This document shows, one piece after another, positions 1 through 9,029 of a stretch of DNA of 64,000 bases (its first letter is position 1; the number at the start of each line of letters is the position of its first letter). Both the position numbers and the translations under genes were made by a program. The notes under the pieces were generated by a model, which saw only the letters and a program-made list of their open reading frames with translations, searched no databases and was not told where the DNA came from. Origin of the DNA: Candidatus Nanohalarchaeota archaeon (lineage in GTDB: Archaea; Nanohalarchaeota; Nanosalinia; Nanosalinales; JAFCCC01); contig JAFCCC010000003.1 in the NCBI GenBank assembly GCA_017610385.1, forward strand, positions 5,919 through 69,918. The letters run 5' to 3'.

Positions 1-104
1 AGACATATTATTAAGTAAATAACTGTTTGTTTTGATACTATCCCTCGTCCATCGAAAAACTTCTTCCGCTTCGCTCCAGAAACTTCTCTTCCAGATTTAT
101 TCAT
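1..104 (-). CDS. partial ORF running off the window; possible class III signal (pilin-like) N-terminus
   Basis: ATG at 104 gives MNKSGREVSGAKRKKFFDGRGIVSKQTVIYLIIC..., open to the window edge; GGGT RBS-like sequence upstream. Confidence 0.35.
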   Translation of the reverse strand, partial: MNKSGREVSGAKRKKFFDGRGIVSKQTVIYLIIC

Positions 105-145
105 TTACCCTTTTAGATTTAATCAAACAAAGTAATAGTATACTT

Positions 146-577
146 ATGTTGGCTAGAATTAAAAATTTCCTGAGTTTCCTGAATGGCCTTTTGAATTTTA
201 TTCTTTATGGGCGTTATGACTGTGTAGCCGCGATTATACTTACAAAAGATAATTGTATTTGGCTTGTTAAGTTTGCAAAGGAATATGGATTGCCTGGAGG
301 AATCGTAAAACATGATGAATCTTTAGAAGAAGCCATTAAACGAGAAGTAAAAGAAGAAACTGGAATTATTGCAAACTCTGTAAAGTTATTTTATTCTGAA
401 GAACGTTCTGGCATTTCTAAAACGTTCAATGTATATGAAATTACAAATTATGAATTAACCTTAAAATCTTCTCTAGAAGGTAAACCCGTGAAAGTAAATT
501 TAGTTCATCTCCCTAAACGGATGAGAGGAAGTCATGAAAAAATAATTAAACTATGGTTAAATCAGGAAAAATCTTAA
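146..577 (+). CDS. NUDIX hydrolase
   Basis: Nudix box GG-x5-E-x5-AIKREVKEETG; ATG 146 preferred over TTG 32. Confidence 0.85.
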   Translation: MLARIKNFLSFLNGLLNFILYGRYDCVAAIILTKDNCIWLVKFAKEYGLPGGIVKHDESLEEAIKREVKEETGIIANSVKLFYSEERSGISKTFNVYEITNYELTLKSSLEGKPVKVNLVHLPKRMRGSHEKIIKLWLNQEKS

Positions 578-606
578 AATACTTGTTCTTAAAATAAATA
601 CTACAC

Positions 607-1635
607 ATGAAGAAATTAAAATATTCCCTATTCAGTTTTGGAATGGCAATTGCCCTTTTAGTATTTTTTATGAATTCTGTAGGTTGGGGAGAATTATTAA
701 GAGTATATAGAAACACAAACCCGCACATTTTGTCTTTTGCATTACTTCTTTCTTGTTCTGGGTTTTTTCTAAACACCCATGTTTGGAAAAATATTTTGGA
801 ATTTTTAAAAGTTCACATGCCCTTTAGAACCCTTTTAAGGTTATTTTATATGAGTCTATTTGCAAATTATGTAACTCCCTTTGGTCAAGCTGGTGGAGAA
901 CCATTTATGGCTTATATTTTATCCAAAAAATCAAAAATACCTTATGGACAGGGTTTAGCTACAATTATGTCTGCTGATATTATTGGCGCAATAGCACCCA
1001 TATTTTTTTCAGCGATTGGATTAGTTTACTATATTTTAACACAGAATGTGACCACAGTAATGTTTGAAGTTATTCTTGCTTTAATTTGCCTTGGCATTTT
1101 AATTATTTTTGGAATCATTATTCTTCAAACCAAAAGGAAATTTATTGAAAAAATAATTATTGCTGTTTCAAGATGGATTAGACGGGTCTTAAGAGCAATT
1201 AAGTGGGATAAAAAAAGAATTGATCGGTATTTTGGTTATAAGCCCACCGTAGAAAGAATAAATATATTTTATAAGACATTTACTGCAGTTATTGCTGAAA
1301 AACGATGGAGTATTGTTTCTTTTACCTTACTTTCAACTCTTGCACAGGTTTTAGCATTGTATTATTGTGTTTTAGCTTTAGGATATACTCCAAAATTATT
1401 AGTATTTTTAGCTGTTTTGCCATTGGCCTCTCTATCAAGTTATTTGCCTTTGCCAGGGGGATTAGGTGGTATGGAGATTTCAATAGCTTATTTGTTGGTG
1501 CTGCTTTGTAATTTGCCTATTGGTATCGCCACCGGTTCTGCTTTGTTATTTCGAGTTATTACTTATTGGATTCCATTGGGAGTTGGTGGTACATTAATGG
1601 CATATACTCTAAGAAGACCAATAATTGAAATCTAA
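607..1635 (+). CDS. UPF0104 / lysylphosphatidylglycerol synthase-like (flippase-like) membrane protein
   Basis: multi-TM; NYVTPFGQAGGEP, PLPGGLGGME and FRVITYW motifs. Confidence 0.85.
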   Translation: MKKLKYSLFSFGMAIALLVFFMNSVGWGELLRVYRNTNPHILSFALLLSCSGFFLNTHVWKNILEFLKVHMPFRTLLRLFYMSLFANYVTPFGQAGGEPFMAYILSKKSKIPYGQGLATIMSADIIGAIAPIFFSAIGLVYYILTQNVTTVMFEVILALICLGILIIFGIIILQTKRKFIEKIIIAVSRWIRRVLRAIKWDKKRIDRYFGYKPTVERINIFYKTFTAVIAEKRWSIVSFTLLSTLAQVLALYYCVLALGYTPKLLVFLAVLPLASLSSYLPLPGGLGGMEISIAYLLVLLCNLPIGIATGSALLFRVITYWIPLGVGGTLMAYTLRRPIIEI

Positions 1636-2939
1636 TTTAATCCAAATTGTTTCATAAGTTTCTTCATTGGCCCTCTTCTCAAATTTTTTCCAGAAAATTT
1701 ATTAACCATATTTTTAACTTGACGATATGTCTTTAATAATTCTCTTACGTCTTTTTCAGAAGTTCCAGAACCTTTAGAAATTCGTAATACTCTATTTCTA
1801 TTTATTAATGACGGATCAGCCCTTTCTTTTGTAGTCATAGATTCAATAATATATTTAAATTTCTCAATTTTATCTCCTTCCAAATCTAAGACATTTTCTG
1901 GCATTTTCATTCCACCAGGAAGCATATCCTTAATTTGTGAGAACATCCCTGATTTTTTAGCAGTTGCTAATTGATCATAGAATTCTTCTATGCTAAAGGT
2001 TCCTTCTAATATTTTTTTAGCTTTATCTTCGTCAAAGTTTTCCTTTGCTTTTTCTAAAAGTGATTTTAAGTCTGGAATTCCAAGCATTTTGGAAACAAAC
2101 GGAACTGAATCATAAATTTCAAGATTATCTATTTTTTCTCCAGTACCAACAAATAAAACTGGAACATTTGCATGAAAACATGATGAAAAAACCCCACCCG
2201 CCTTCGCAGAAGAATCTGTTTTTGTTACAATAATTCCTGTTATATCAATAGCATCATTAAAAGCCTTTGCCTGATCTCCGGAGGTTTGTCCAAGATCTGC
2301 AGGAACAATCAAGTATTTTTCATCTGGCTTAAATTTTTTAGAAATCTCTTTTAATTCTTCTATCAAATTAGTGTTTAAAGAATCTCTCCCGGCAGAATCT
2401 ACAATTATTAAGTTGCACTTATTCTTCTTTAGAGTTTTTAAACCATTTTTTACTATTTTTATTGCGTCTTTTGATTTTTTTTCTCCGTAAAAATCAACTT
2501 TAATTTTATCTGCTAATTGTTTTAATTGATCATATGCACCAGCCCGATAAATATCACAAGAAATAACGCCTACTTTATTTCCCTTTTTTCTGTAAAAATT
2601 AGCTAATTTTGCGGTTGTGGTGGTTTTGCCTGAACCAAATAAACCACATAGTAAGATTAATCCCCTTTCTAATTTTATTTCAGGTTTTTTCCCTAAGAAT
2701 TCAATTAATTTATCATAAACTAAATTTAAAACATATTCTTTTCTTGTTAAGCCCTTTGGTAATTCTTTTTTTAATGCTTCTTTTTTAATTTTATTACTTA
2801 ATTCAAAAACTAATTCTACTTCAACGTCGGATTTTAAGAGTTCTCTTTGAAGATCTTTAATTAAGGCTTCAACTTCTTCTTTATCTACTAAACTCAATCG
2901 AGAAAACTTTCTTATACCTTCTTTTAACTTTTCAAACAT
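1632..2939 (-). CDS. srp54: signal recognition particle protein SRP54
   Basis: NG GTPase motifs (GLFGSGKTTT, DSAGR, TKTD, GTGE) and M domain (IIESMT, RISKGSG). Confidence 0.96.
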   Translation of the reverse strand: MFEKLKEGIRKFSRLSLVDKEEVEALIKDLQRELLKSDVEVELVFELSNKIKKEALKKELPKGLTRKEYVLNLVYDKLIEFLGKKPEIKLERGLILLCGLFGSGKTTTTAKLANFYRKKGNKVGVISCDIYRAGAYDQLKQLADKIKVDFYGEKKSKDAIKIVKNGLKTLKKNKCNLIIVDSAGRDSLNTNLIEELKEISKKFKPDEKYLIVPADLGQTSGDQAKAFNDAIDITGIIVTKTDSSAKAGGVFSSCFHANVPVLFVGTGEKIDNLEIYDSVPFVSKMLGIPDLKSLLEKAKENFDEDKAKKILEGTFSIEEFYDQLATAKKSGMFSQIKDMLPGGMKMPENVLDLEGDKIEKFKYIIESMTTKERADPSLINRNRVLRISKGSGTSEKDVRELLKTYRQVKNMVNKFSGKNLRRGPMKKLMKQFGLN

Positions 2940-2999
2940 AAAAGTGAATTTGGGGCCAAAGAATAAAAAGATGAATTGAGTCTTTTTGTTAAGTTCGAT

Positions 3000-3257
3000 G
3001 CGGCCATGGTCTAATGGCTATGACCCCGGCCTTCCAAGAAGCTGAATTATCAGCTTGCACTAAAAGACGTTTCGTTCGTAAAAACGAACTTAATCGCCTG
3101 CAAAAGTTTATACTTTTGTTTACCCTTTTCGAAGAAAGCCGGTGATGCGGGTTCGATTTAGCCTTTACCCAAAGTGCGGAAGCTTAATTTCCGCTAACGC
3201 TTTTTTGCGTTTACTTTTGCGAAAAAAGGTTAGGTTACGAAAATCCCGCTGGCCGCA
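3000..3257 (+). tRNA. tRNA-Gly(TCC) with two introns (37/38: 3037-3136; 59/60: 3158-3243)
   Basis: exons assemble to GCGGCCA-TG-GTCTAATGGCTATGAC-C-CCGGC-CT TCC AA-GCCGG-TGAT-GCGGG-TTCGATT-CCCGC-TGGCCGC-A; both introns form BHB motifs (CTTC/GAAG and TTCG/CGAA central helices, 3-nt bulges). Confidence 0.92.
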
Positions 3258-3326
3258 CTAATTTTTTTAAAATCAAAAATACATGGACTTTATAAAAAGC
3301 AGTAACTAAACCAAAATTGCATATTT

Positions 3327-3836
3327 TTAATCAAAAATCCCCTTCTTGGTAGAAACTGAAACTAAATTTCCCTTGATTGTGAGAAATTCAGTAGTTTTGA
3401 GAGGCAACCTTTGGATGAACTTTTCGGCGAAATTAATGTGCTCATTTTCTGGTAGGAAATTGGCCTTGTAGAGGTTAATAATTCTGGCTCCGTCCTTGAT
3501 TGATTTAAGAGCGCTTTCTGTAGCTTGAAATACTTTGATTGTCTCCAAGTTCACAGTATTAAACACAACATCAATATCTGTTATTTGTTCCCAAACTGAA
3601 TTCTCCATAGGGTTCCCGATTATAATTTCTAAATTTGGAATTTTACTTTTGAGTTGATCCAAATTCCTTTTGAATAAAGGATTAATTTCAATTCCAATTA
3701 TTTTTCCTTCCTTGATTTTTTCCGCAGCGTATTTTAAAGCAGAACCAGCTCTACAACCAACATTAACAAAATTTTTAGAATCTCTCAACAGTTTGAATTT
3801 CTCATCTAATTCTTTTAGAATATCATAAAGTTCCAT
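3327..3836 (-). CDS. divergent FtsJ/RlmE-like SAM-dependent methyltransferase
   Basis: ELDEKFKLL...VNVGCRAGS...IIGIEI resembles the RlmE N-terminus and SAM motifs I/II. Confidence 0.55.
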   Translation of the reverse strand: MELYDILKELDEKFKLLRDSKNFVNVGCRAGSALKYAAEKIKEGKIIGIEINPLFKRNLDQLKSKIPNLEIIIGNPMENSVWEQITDIDVVFNTVNLETIKVFQATESALKSIKDGARIINLYKANFLPENEHINFAEKFIQRLPLKTTEFLTIKGNLVSVSTKKGIFD

Positions 3837-3894
3837 AATATTTTCTTTGCAAAGGAATGATAAATATTTAAATATATACTACTACGAGAAGGTT

Positions 3895-4347
3895 ATGTTT
3901 GGAAATATGAACGATAAAGTTTATGCAACACTTGCTCCTTTTGCATATAATATTATAGAAACTTGTATTTTGGATCGCTCAGATTATACGCCATTCTTAA
4001 GACGATCTCATGAGTCTATTATGAAAATTGATTATTTTTCTATGAATCTTCGCGCAATTAATTTAACTACTTCAAGAAGATATTCTGTTTTAGAATCTGT
4101 TAAATCGTTATTGCATATAGATGCCGCGGATGTTTCTATTGTGCCTACATTTGGAAATAGAATTTATTTGAGGTACCGAAAGTACGAAAAGAACAGAGAA
4201 ATACTTGATGAATTAGTAACTCTTTTATCTAATGATCCTACTACTATATTAACGATTCAAGAAGTAACTGGATTTCTTTCTAGAAAAAGAGAAATTCCAT
4301 TAGATGAATTTAGCGTGCTTAGTAGAACAGAACAGACAAAAACCTAA
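3895..4347 (+). CDS. hypothetical protein
   Basis: ORF of about 150 aa with TATA-like ATTTAAATA upstream; no recognised motif. Confidence 0.55.
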   Translation: MFGNMNDKVYATLAPFAYNIIETCILDRSDYTPFLRRSHESIMKIDYFSMNLRAINLTTSRRYSVLESVKSLLHIDAADVSIVPTFGNRIYLRYRKYEKNREILDELVTLLSNDPTTILTIQEVTGFLSRKREIPLDEFSVLSRTEQTKT

Positions 4348-4364
4348 TTGCTTGTGTGATGTTA

Positions 4365-4476
4365 AGCCCCAGGCGAGATTTGAACTCACGACCTTTACCT
4401 GATTGGCGCAACTGGTTACCAAGGTCTAGCGGGATTGGGTCTTATCCTAACGCTCTACCAGCTGAGCTACTGGAGC
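4365..4476 (-). tRNA. tRNA-Thr(GGT) with two introns (28/29: 4426-4448; 37/38: 4401-4416)
   Basis: GCTCCAG-TA-GCTCAGCTGGTAGAGC-G-TTACC-TT GGT AA-GGTAA-AGGTC-GTGAG-TTCAAAT-CTCGC-CTGGGGC-T after removing introns; central helices AGCG/CGCT and TTGG/CCAA. Confidence 0.9.
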
Positions 4477-4679
4477 AAATTTTTGAAAGATTAATTACAT
4501 TTTAATTGATTATAACCTTTCACAATAAACAGACTATTAATAGAAATCTATAAAATGTTAGTGTCAGATTTTAGGTTTTTTAGAATAATCTAGAATTAAA
4601 TAACGAGCAAATAAAATTAAATGAACACATTAGCGAATTAAATGAAACGAACACATTAGTTATCTTGAGAAGATATCTA

Positions 4680-4841
4680 TTATGCTTTAAGATGCTTGTG
4701 CTTTAATCTTAAAGATTTGCTCTGGCATTTCCTACATTTAGCTCCTTTTAAGGTCTTTAGCCTATTTTTAGCATTACATCGTTGACAAATGTATACCTGA
4801 CTAAAAAGTCTTTTATCTGCAATTTCGAATCGCTTTGCCAT
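4680..4841 (-). CDS. rpl40e: 50S ribosomal protein L40e
   Basis: MAKRFEIADKRLF...ICQRCNAKN...CRKCQSKSLRLK zinc ribbon; GAGGT RBS before ATG 4841. Confidence 0.93.
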   Translation of the reverse strand: MAKRFEIADKRLFSQVYICQRCNAKNRLKTLKGAKCRKCQSKSLRLKHKHLKA

Positions 4842-4909
4842 TTTAACCTCAGAATTTAATTGACCGTTACATTTATAAAATGTTTGACTGTTTGTTTTTA
4901 AGAATGCGT

Positions 4910-5449
4910 TTAGAAGTAAGATGAATAACCTGTCCAATCAATTTTTCCTGGTTTAAACGGTTCTCTTGATTCAGGTTCTTGAATTATTTTAATTATATCT
5001 GCTGCAACAGTTCTAATCGGCCTTTTAGTTGAATCTACTTCATAAACGTCCTTATGCAATTGAACTGCTTCTTGAAGTATGATATCTAAAATTTCTGCTT
5101 GGACATTTTCGATTATTTTTCCTTTGGCCCAACCCTTTGTTTCTAATCTTCTTCGTAAATCATTTGGATTTGTTCTAAGAATAATAACTAAATCTAATTC
5201 TTTCAAAAAATGACCTAAATGCCCATCTAAAAGAACATTCTTGGTTTTTTTCAATTCTTTTTGAACTACTTCATTTAATTTTTCCGCATCCACAACATGA
5301 GTATCTCTTTTTTCATCATAATCCTCAAAAAGATCATTTTTTTCAGCTATGTCTGTCAAACTAATTAATTTATATTTCAATTTTTCAGAAACCATTTGCG
5401 ATGCAGAGGTTTTACCAGTTCCGGGAGTTCCCGTAATTGCAACTTTCAT
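4910..5449 (-). CDS. Fap7/AK6-family adenylate kinase
   Basis: ITGTPGTGKT, DGHLGH, VIILRT, ENVQAEI motifs. Confidence 0.9.
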   Translation of the reverse strand: MKVAITGTPGTGKTSASQMVSEKLKYKLISLTDIAEKNDLFEDYDEKRDTHVVDAEKLNEVVQKELKKTKNVLLDGHLGHFLKELDLVIILRTNPNDLRRRLETKGWAKGKIIENVQAEILDIILQEAVQLHKDVYEVDSTKRPIRTVAADIIKIIQEPESREPFKPGKIDWTGYSSYF

Positions 5450-5477
5450 ACTTTAGAATTAGTTTCTAATTTTAAAT

Positions 5478-6368
5478 TCATTTCTTTCTTTTAGGTTTTT
5501 TGTCAGTTTTAGTTTGTTTTTTAATTGGTTTCTTAATACGGGTATTCTTTTTTTTGTTGTAGTTCATATAGAATTTAGTATAAACTAATCCTTTAATTGG
5601 AGCGACTATAAACACAAAAATCAGAATAATAAAATTATCTAAATAAATAATTCTTGAAAATTGGTTCAATAGAATTGTTGCAACAAAGAAAATTATAACC
5701 AGGCCTAAGAATTCAATAAAGTTCTTTTTTACTGTTTGGTAACTTAATAAAATCGCATTACGTGTGTTAGCATTGCTTACCGCTAAAGATTGTGCAGTTA
5801 GACTTAAGAACATTCTTAATAATATATTTCCAAGTATAACAAGTATAATTGTTGTAGTTATGATTCCAATTATATTTGTATACGCAAAAGTGATGATTAA
5901 CGCCAAAGAAACCACGATCGCAACAATGAAAATTAAGTAAAGCAATAACATAGTTCCTACAGAGCTTTTAAACTTTTCTTTAGCGTATTTAAACATTAAG
6001 TCGAGTTTAACTTTTTCACCTTTTAGTGCTTCTTGATACAGTTTTGTTAAGCCAACCTTAAGTGGAAATATTAACGCTCCTGCAATTGCTATTCCTAATA
6101 TGATGAAAAATACCTTAAACATGAAGCCCCTCATTAATTCAAAATAGGGTTCAAATAGGTTGTTAGAAGGCATAGTTTGTTGTTGTTGTATTACTTTTCC
6201 TAATTGGGTTAGTGCTACGTTATTTGCTTGAGCATATTGTGCAAGAGGTATTCCAAATGGAAGTGCTATAATTGCTGCGACAATTCCGATTATTATTATT
6301 CCCAAAATCAATGCCGGAAAATTTTTCTTATACGCTTTCCACGCACTTCCAAAACATTCAGAACGCAT
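5478..6368 (-). CDS. multi-pass membrane protein with Lys-rich C-terminal tail
   Basis: about 6 hydrophobic segments and a basic tail. Confidence 0.75.
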   Translation of the reverse strand: MRSECFGSAWKAYKKNFPALILGIIIIGIVAAIIALPFGIPLAQYAQANNVALTQLGKVIQQQQTMPSNNLFEPYFELMRGFMFKVFFIILGIAIAGALIFPLKVGLTKLYQEALKGEKVKLDLMFKYAKEKFKSSVGTMLLLYLIFIVAIVVSLALIITFAYTNIIGIITTTIILVILGNILLRMFLSLTAQSLAVSNANTRNAILLSYQTVKKNFIEFLGLVIIFFVATILLNQFSRIIYLDNFIILIFVFIVAPIKGLVYTKFYMNYNKKKNTRIKKPIKKQTKTDKKPKRKK

Positions 6369-6449
6369 AACCTAAAATTGAATTTTATGATTTATAAGCG
6401 TTAGTCCCTATACTACTTTTTGGACAATTTACGATTCTTGGTGTAAAAT

Positions 6450-6515
6450 ATGATAGAAATTTGGACACAGAAATTAAAAATTTCTTATTCCAAATTCTAT
6501 GGAGAAGCTAAATGA
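6450..6515 (+). promoter_or_regulatory. candidate uORF (MIEIWTQKLKISYSKFYGEAK*) and alternative-hairpin leader of rfcS
   Basis: 18-nt direct repeat ATGATAGAAATTTGGACA at 6450 and 6512; complementary segment at 6489-6500; uORF stop overlaps the rfcS ATG (ATGA). Confidence 0.45.
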
Positions 6516-7462
6516 TAGAAATTTGGACAGAAAAATACAGACCAAAAAGTCTTACAGAGGTTATAGGACAAGAAAAAATAGTTTCACGCCTGAAAGCGTT
6601 TGTAAAAACTAAAAGCGTTCCACATTGTTTATTTGCGGGTTCCGCAGGTATTGGTAAAACCACTTGTGCCCTTGCTCTAGCTAAAGATCTTTATGGAGAG
6701 CACTGGAAACAGAATTTTCTGGAAACAAATGCATCAGATGAACGAGGAATTAATGTTGTTAGGTCAAAAATCAAAGATTTTGCGAGAACTGCTCCGCTAA
6801 ATGCACCTTTTAAGATAATATTTCTAGATGAAAGTGACGCATTAACTTCTGAAGCCCAGCAAGCGCTTAGAAGAACCATGGAAAAATATTCTAATACGTG
6901 TAGATTCATACTTTCTTGTAATTATAGTAGTAAGGTCTTAGAGCCTATTCAATCTAGAACCGCTGTTTTTCGATTTAATAGATTAACTGATGACGATGTT
7001 CATAAGTATATCATGCGAATTGCTCAGGCAGAAGGATTTACTTTAACACCAGATGGATTAAATGCGGTAACAAAAATATCTTATGGAGACTTGAGAAAAG
7101 CTACGAATGTATTACAAGCAGCATCTATTGTAACTGAAGAAATTAGCGAAAAAACAATATTTGATGTTTCTGCATCTCTAAGACCAAAAGAAGTTAAAGC
7201 AATTTTAACTGATGCGTTGTCTGGCAAATTTCTAAGTGCTAGAAATAAATTAAATACTTTGATGATTGATCGTGGTTTGGATGGTTTAGATATTATTAAA
7301 GCGATTCATAGAGAGGTTTACTCTTTAGAGATCCCTGAAAAGCAGAAATTAAAGTTTATTGAACTTTTAGGAGAATATGAGTTTAGAATTACTGAAGGAG
7401 GAACTCCGGATATCCAAATAGAAGCTTTGTTGGCGCAATTAACTTGCCTTTCTAAAACATAA
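6512..7462 (+). CDS. rfcS: replication factor C small subunit
   Basis: WTEKYRP, GSAGIGKT, NASDERG, DESD, AQQALRRTME, IQSR; no intein. Confidence 0.97.
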   Translation: MIEIWTEKYRPKSLTEVIGQEKIVSRLKAFVKTKSVPHCLFAGSAGIGKTTCALALAKDLYGEHWKQNFLETNASDERGINVVRSKIKDFARTAPLNAPFKIIFLDESDALTSEAQQALRRTMEKYSNTCRFILSCNYSSKVLEPIQSRTAVFRFNRLTDDDVHKYIMRIAQAEGFTLTPDGLNAVTKISYGDLRKATNVLQAASIVTEEISEKTIFDVSASLRPKEVKAILTDALSGKFLSARNKLNTLMIDRGLDGLDIIKAIHREVYSLEIPEKQKLKFIELLGEYEFRITEGGTPDIQIEALLAQLTCLSKT

Positions 7463-7476
7463 ATTAAGGTGTTTTT

Positions 7477-8682
7477 ATGAATCAATTATGGACTGAAAAA
7501 TACAGACCAAAAGATTTGAAATCATTTAAAGGAAATAAGAAGGCAATTGAAGAAATAATTCTTTGGATTCAAAATTGGAAAGAATCTAAAAATAAGGCCG
7601 TGTTATTACATGGTGCTCCGGGTGTTGGTAAAACGTCTCTATCTTTCTTATTGGCTAAATCCTTGAATTATGAACTTTTAGATACAAATGCGTCAGATAT
7701 TCGAACAAAGGATAAATTAAAAGAAAAAGTAGAACAAGCGGTCAAACAAAAATCATTGTTTAAAAAAGGAAAAATTATTTTGATTGATGAAGTAGATGGA
7801 ATGGGTTCCTCTGATAGGGGTGGCGGCGCAGAACTAGTTAGACTTATTTCTGAAACGAAATTCCCATTAATTTTCACTGCAAATGATGCATATAATCCAA
7901 AATTATCTACTTTAAGAAATAAATGTAAAATAATAAAATTTAATTCAGTACACCAAAATTCAGTTGCTGCTCGACTAAAAGAGATTTGTGATATGGAAAA
8001 AATTAACTTTGACCCGGAGGCATTAAAGGCAATCGCAAGAAGAGCTTCTGGGGACCTTAGATCTGCAATAAACGATCTTGAATCTTTATTTTCAAATAAT
8101 CACGAAATAACATTAGAAATTGTCAATGAATTAAATTTTAGAGATTTAGATCAAAATATTTTTCAGGCATTACTTATTATTTTCAAAACTAAAACATATT
8201 CTACTGCATTAGATGCCACCAATAATCTAAGTGAAAATTTTGATATGTTATTTAATTGGATTCGCGAAAATGTTCCATTAGAATATGAAAAAAATGAGGA
8301 GATCGCGTTAGCTTACAATTTTGTTTCCAAAGCGAATATTTTCAAGGGCAGGATACGAAGAAGACAGAATTGGAGTTTATTAAAGTACGCGTATGAATTA
8401 TTGTGTGCCGGCGTTGCAATTTCTAAAGATGAAAAATATTCCAAATTTACTCGATATAGGTTTCCAACTATAATTAAAAAAATGTCTTTAGCGAGGTCTA
8501 AAAAATCAATAAGAATTTCTATGTGTTCTAAGTTCTCTAAAAAATTACATATTTCTTCTAAACACATAATGAAAGATATAAAATTCTTTAAAATTTTAAT
8601 AAATAATCCAGAAACCCGTAATAATTTAATAGAGCAGTTATATCTTGAAAAAGAAGAAATTAAATATTTAGAAGATTTTTAG
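7477..8682 (+). CDS. rfcL: replication factor C large subunit
   Basis: WTEKYRP, GAPGVGKT, NASD, DEVDG, GDLRSAINDL; follows rfcS. Confidence 0.95.
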   Translation: MNQLWTEKYRPKDLKSFKGNKKAIEEIILWIQNWKESKNKAVLLHGAPGVGKTSLSFLLAKSLNYELLDTNASDIRTKDKLKEKVEQAVKQKSLFKKGKIILIDEVDGMGSSDRGGGAELVRLISETKFPLIFTANDAYNPKLSTLRNKCKIIKFNSVHQNSVAARLKEICDMEKINFDPEALKAIARRASGDLRSAINDLESLFSNNHEITLEIVNELNFRDLDQNIFQALLIIFKTKTYSTALDATNNLSENFDMLFNWIRENVPLEYEKNEEIALAYNFVSKANIFKGRIRRRQNWSLLKYAYELLCAGVAISKDEKYSKFTRYRFPTIIKKMSLARSKKSIRISMCSKFSKKLHISSKHIMKDIKFFKILINNPETRNNLIEQLYLEKEEIKYLEDF

Positions 8683-9029
8683 CAAATTTCTTTTTCTAAT
8701 TCGAAATATACTGATTTTAGTTTTATTTGATCACAAGAACTTAAATTAACCTCTAATAAATATCCTCTTTGGAAAGCCCAATCTTCTAGATGTTTTTTTA
8801 GTTCTTTTTCTTGATTTGACGGTGTATTTGGCGTTTCTCTAAATGTTTTAGCTTCGGAAAATTTATTTTCTATGTTGTGAATAGTAAAACCGACTCCAAA
8901 TCTTTTTACTTCGTTTAAATCAAAATTAGAATATGCTATAAAGACTTTGGCTGTGGAGAAAAGTACAGAGATTATCATAACCGCGGTTATTATGAAAAAC
9001 TGACCTTTTCTTATCATAAATACCACCAC
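8679..9029 (-). CDS. pilin-like protein (class III signal peptide)
   Basis: RKG/QFFIITAVMII; in pilus locus. Confidence 0.7.
   Translation of the reverse strand: MVVFMIRKGQFFIITAVMIISVLFSTAKVFIAYSNFDLNEVKRFGVGFTIHNIENKFSEAKTFRETPNTPSNQEKELKKHLEDWAFQRGYLLEVNLSSCDQIKLKSVYFELEKEIC

Noticed and set aside
4594-4660. AATTAAAT three times at 21-nt period
   Set aside because: Too short and degenerate for CRISPR; best read as a remnant of a heptad-coding fragment with no start codon
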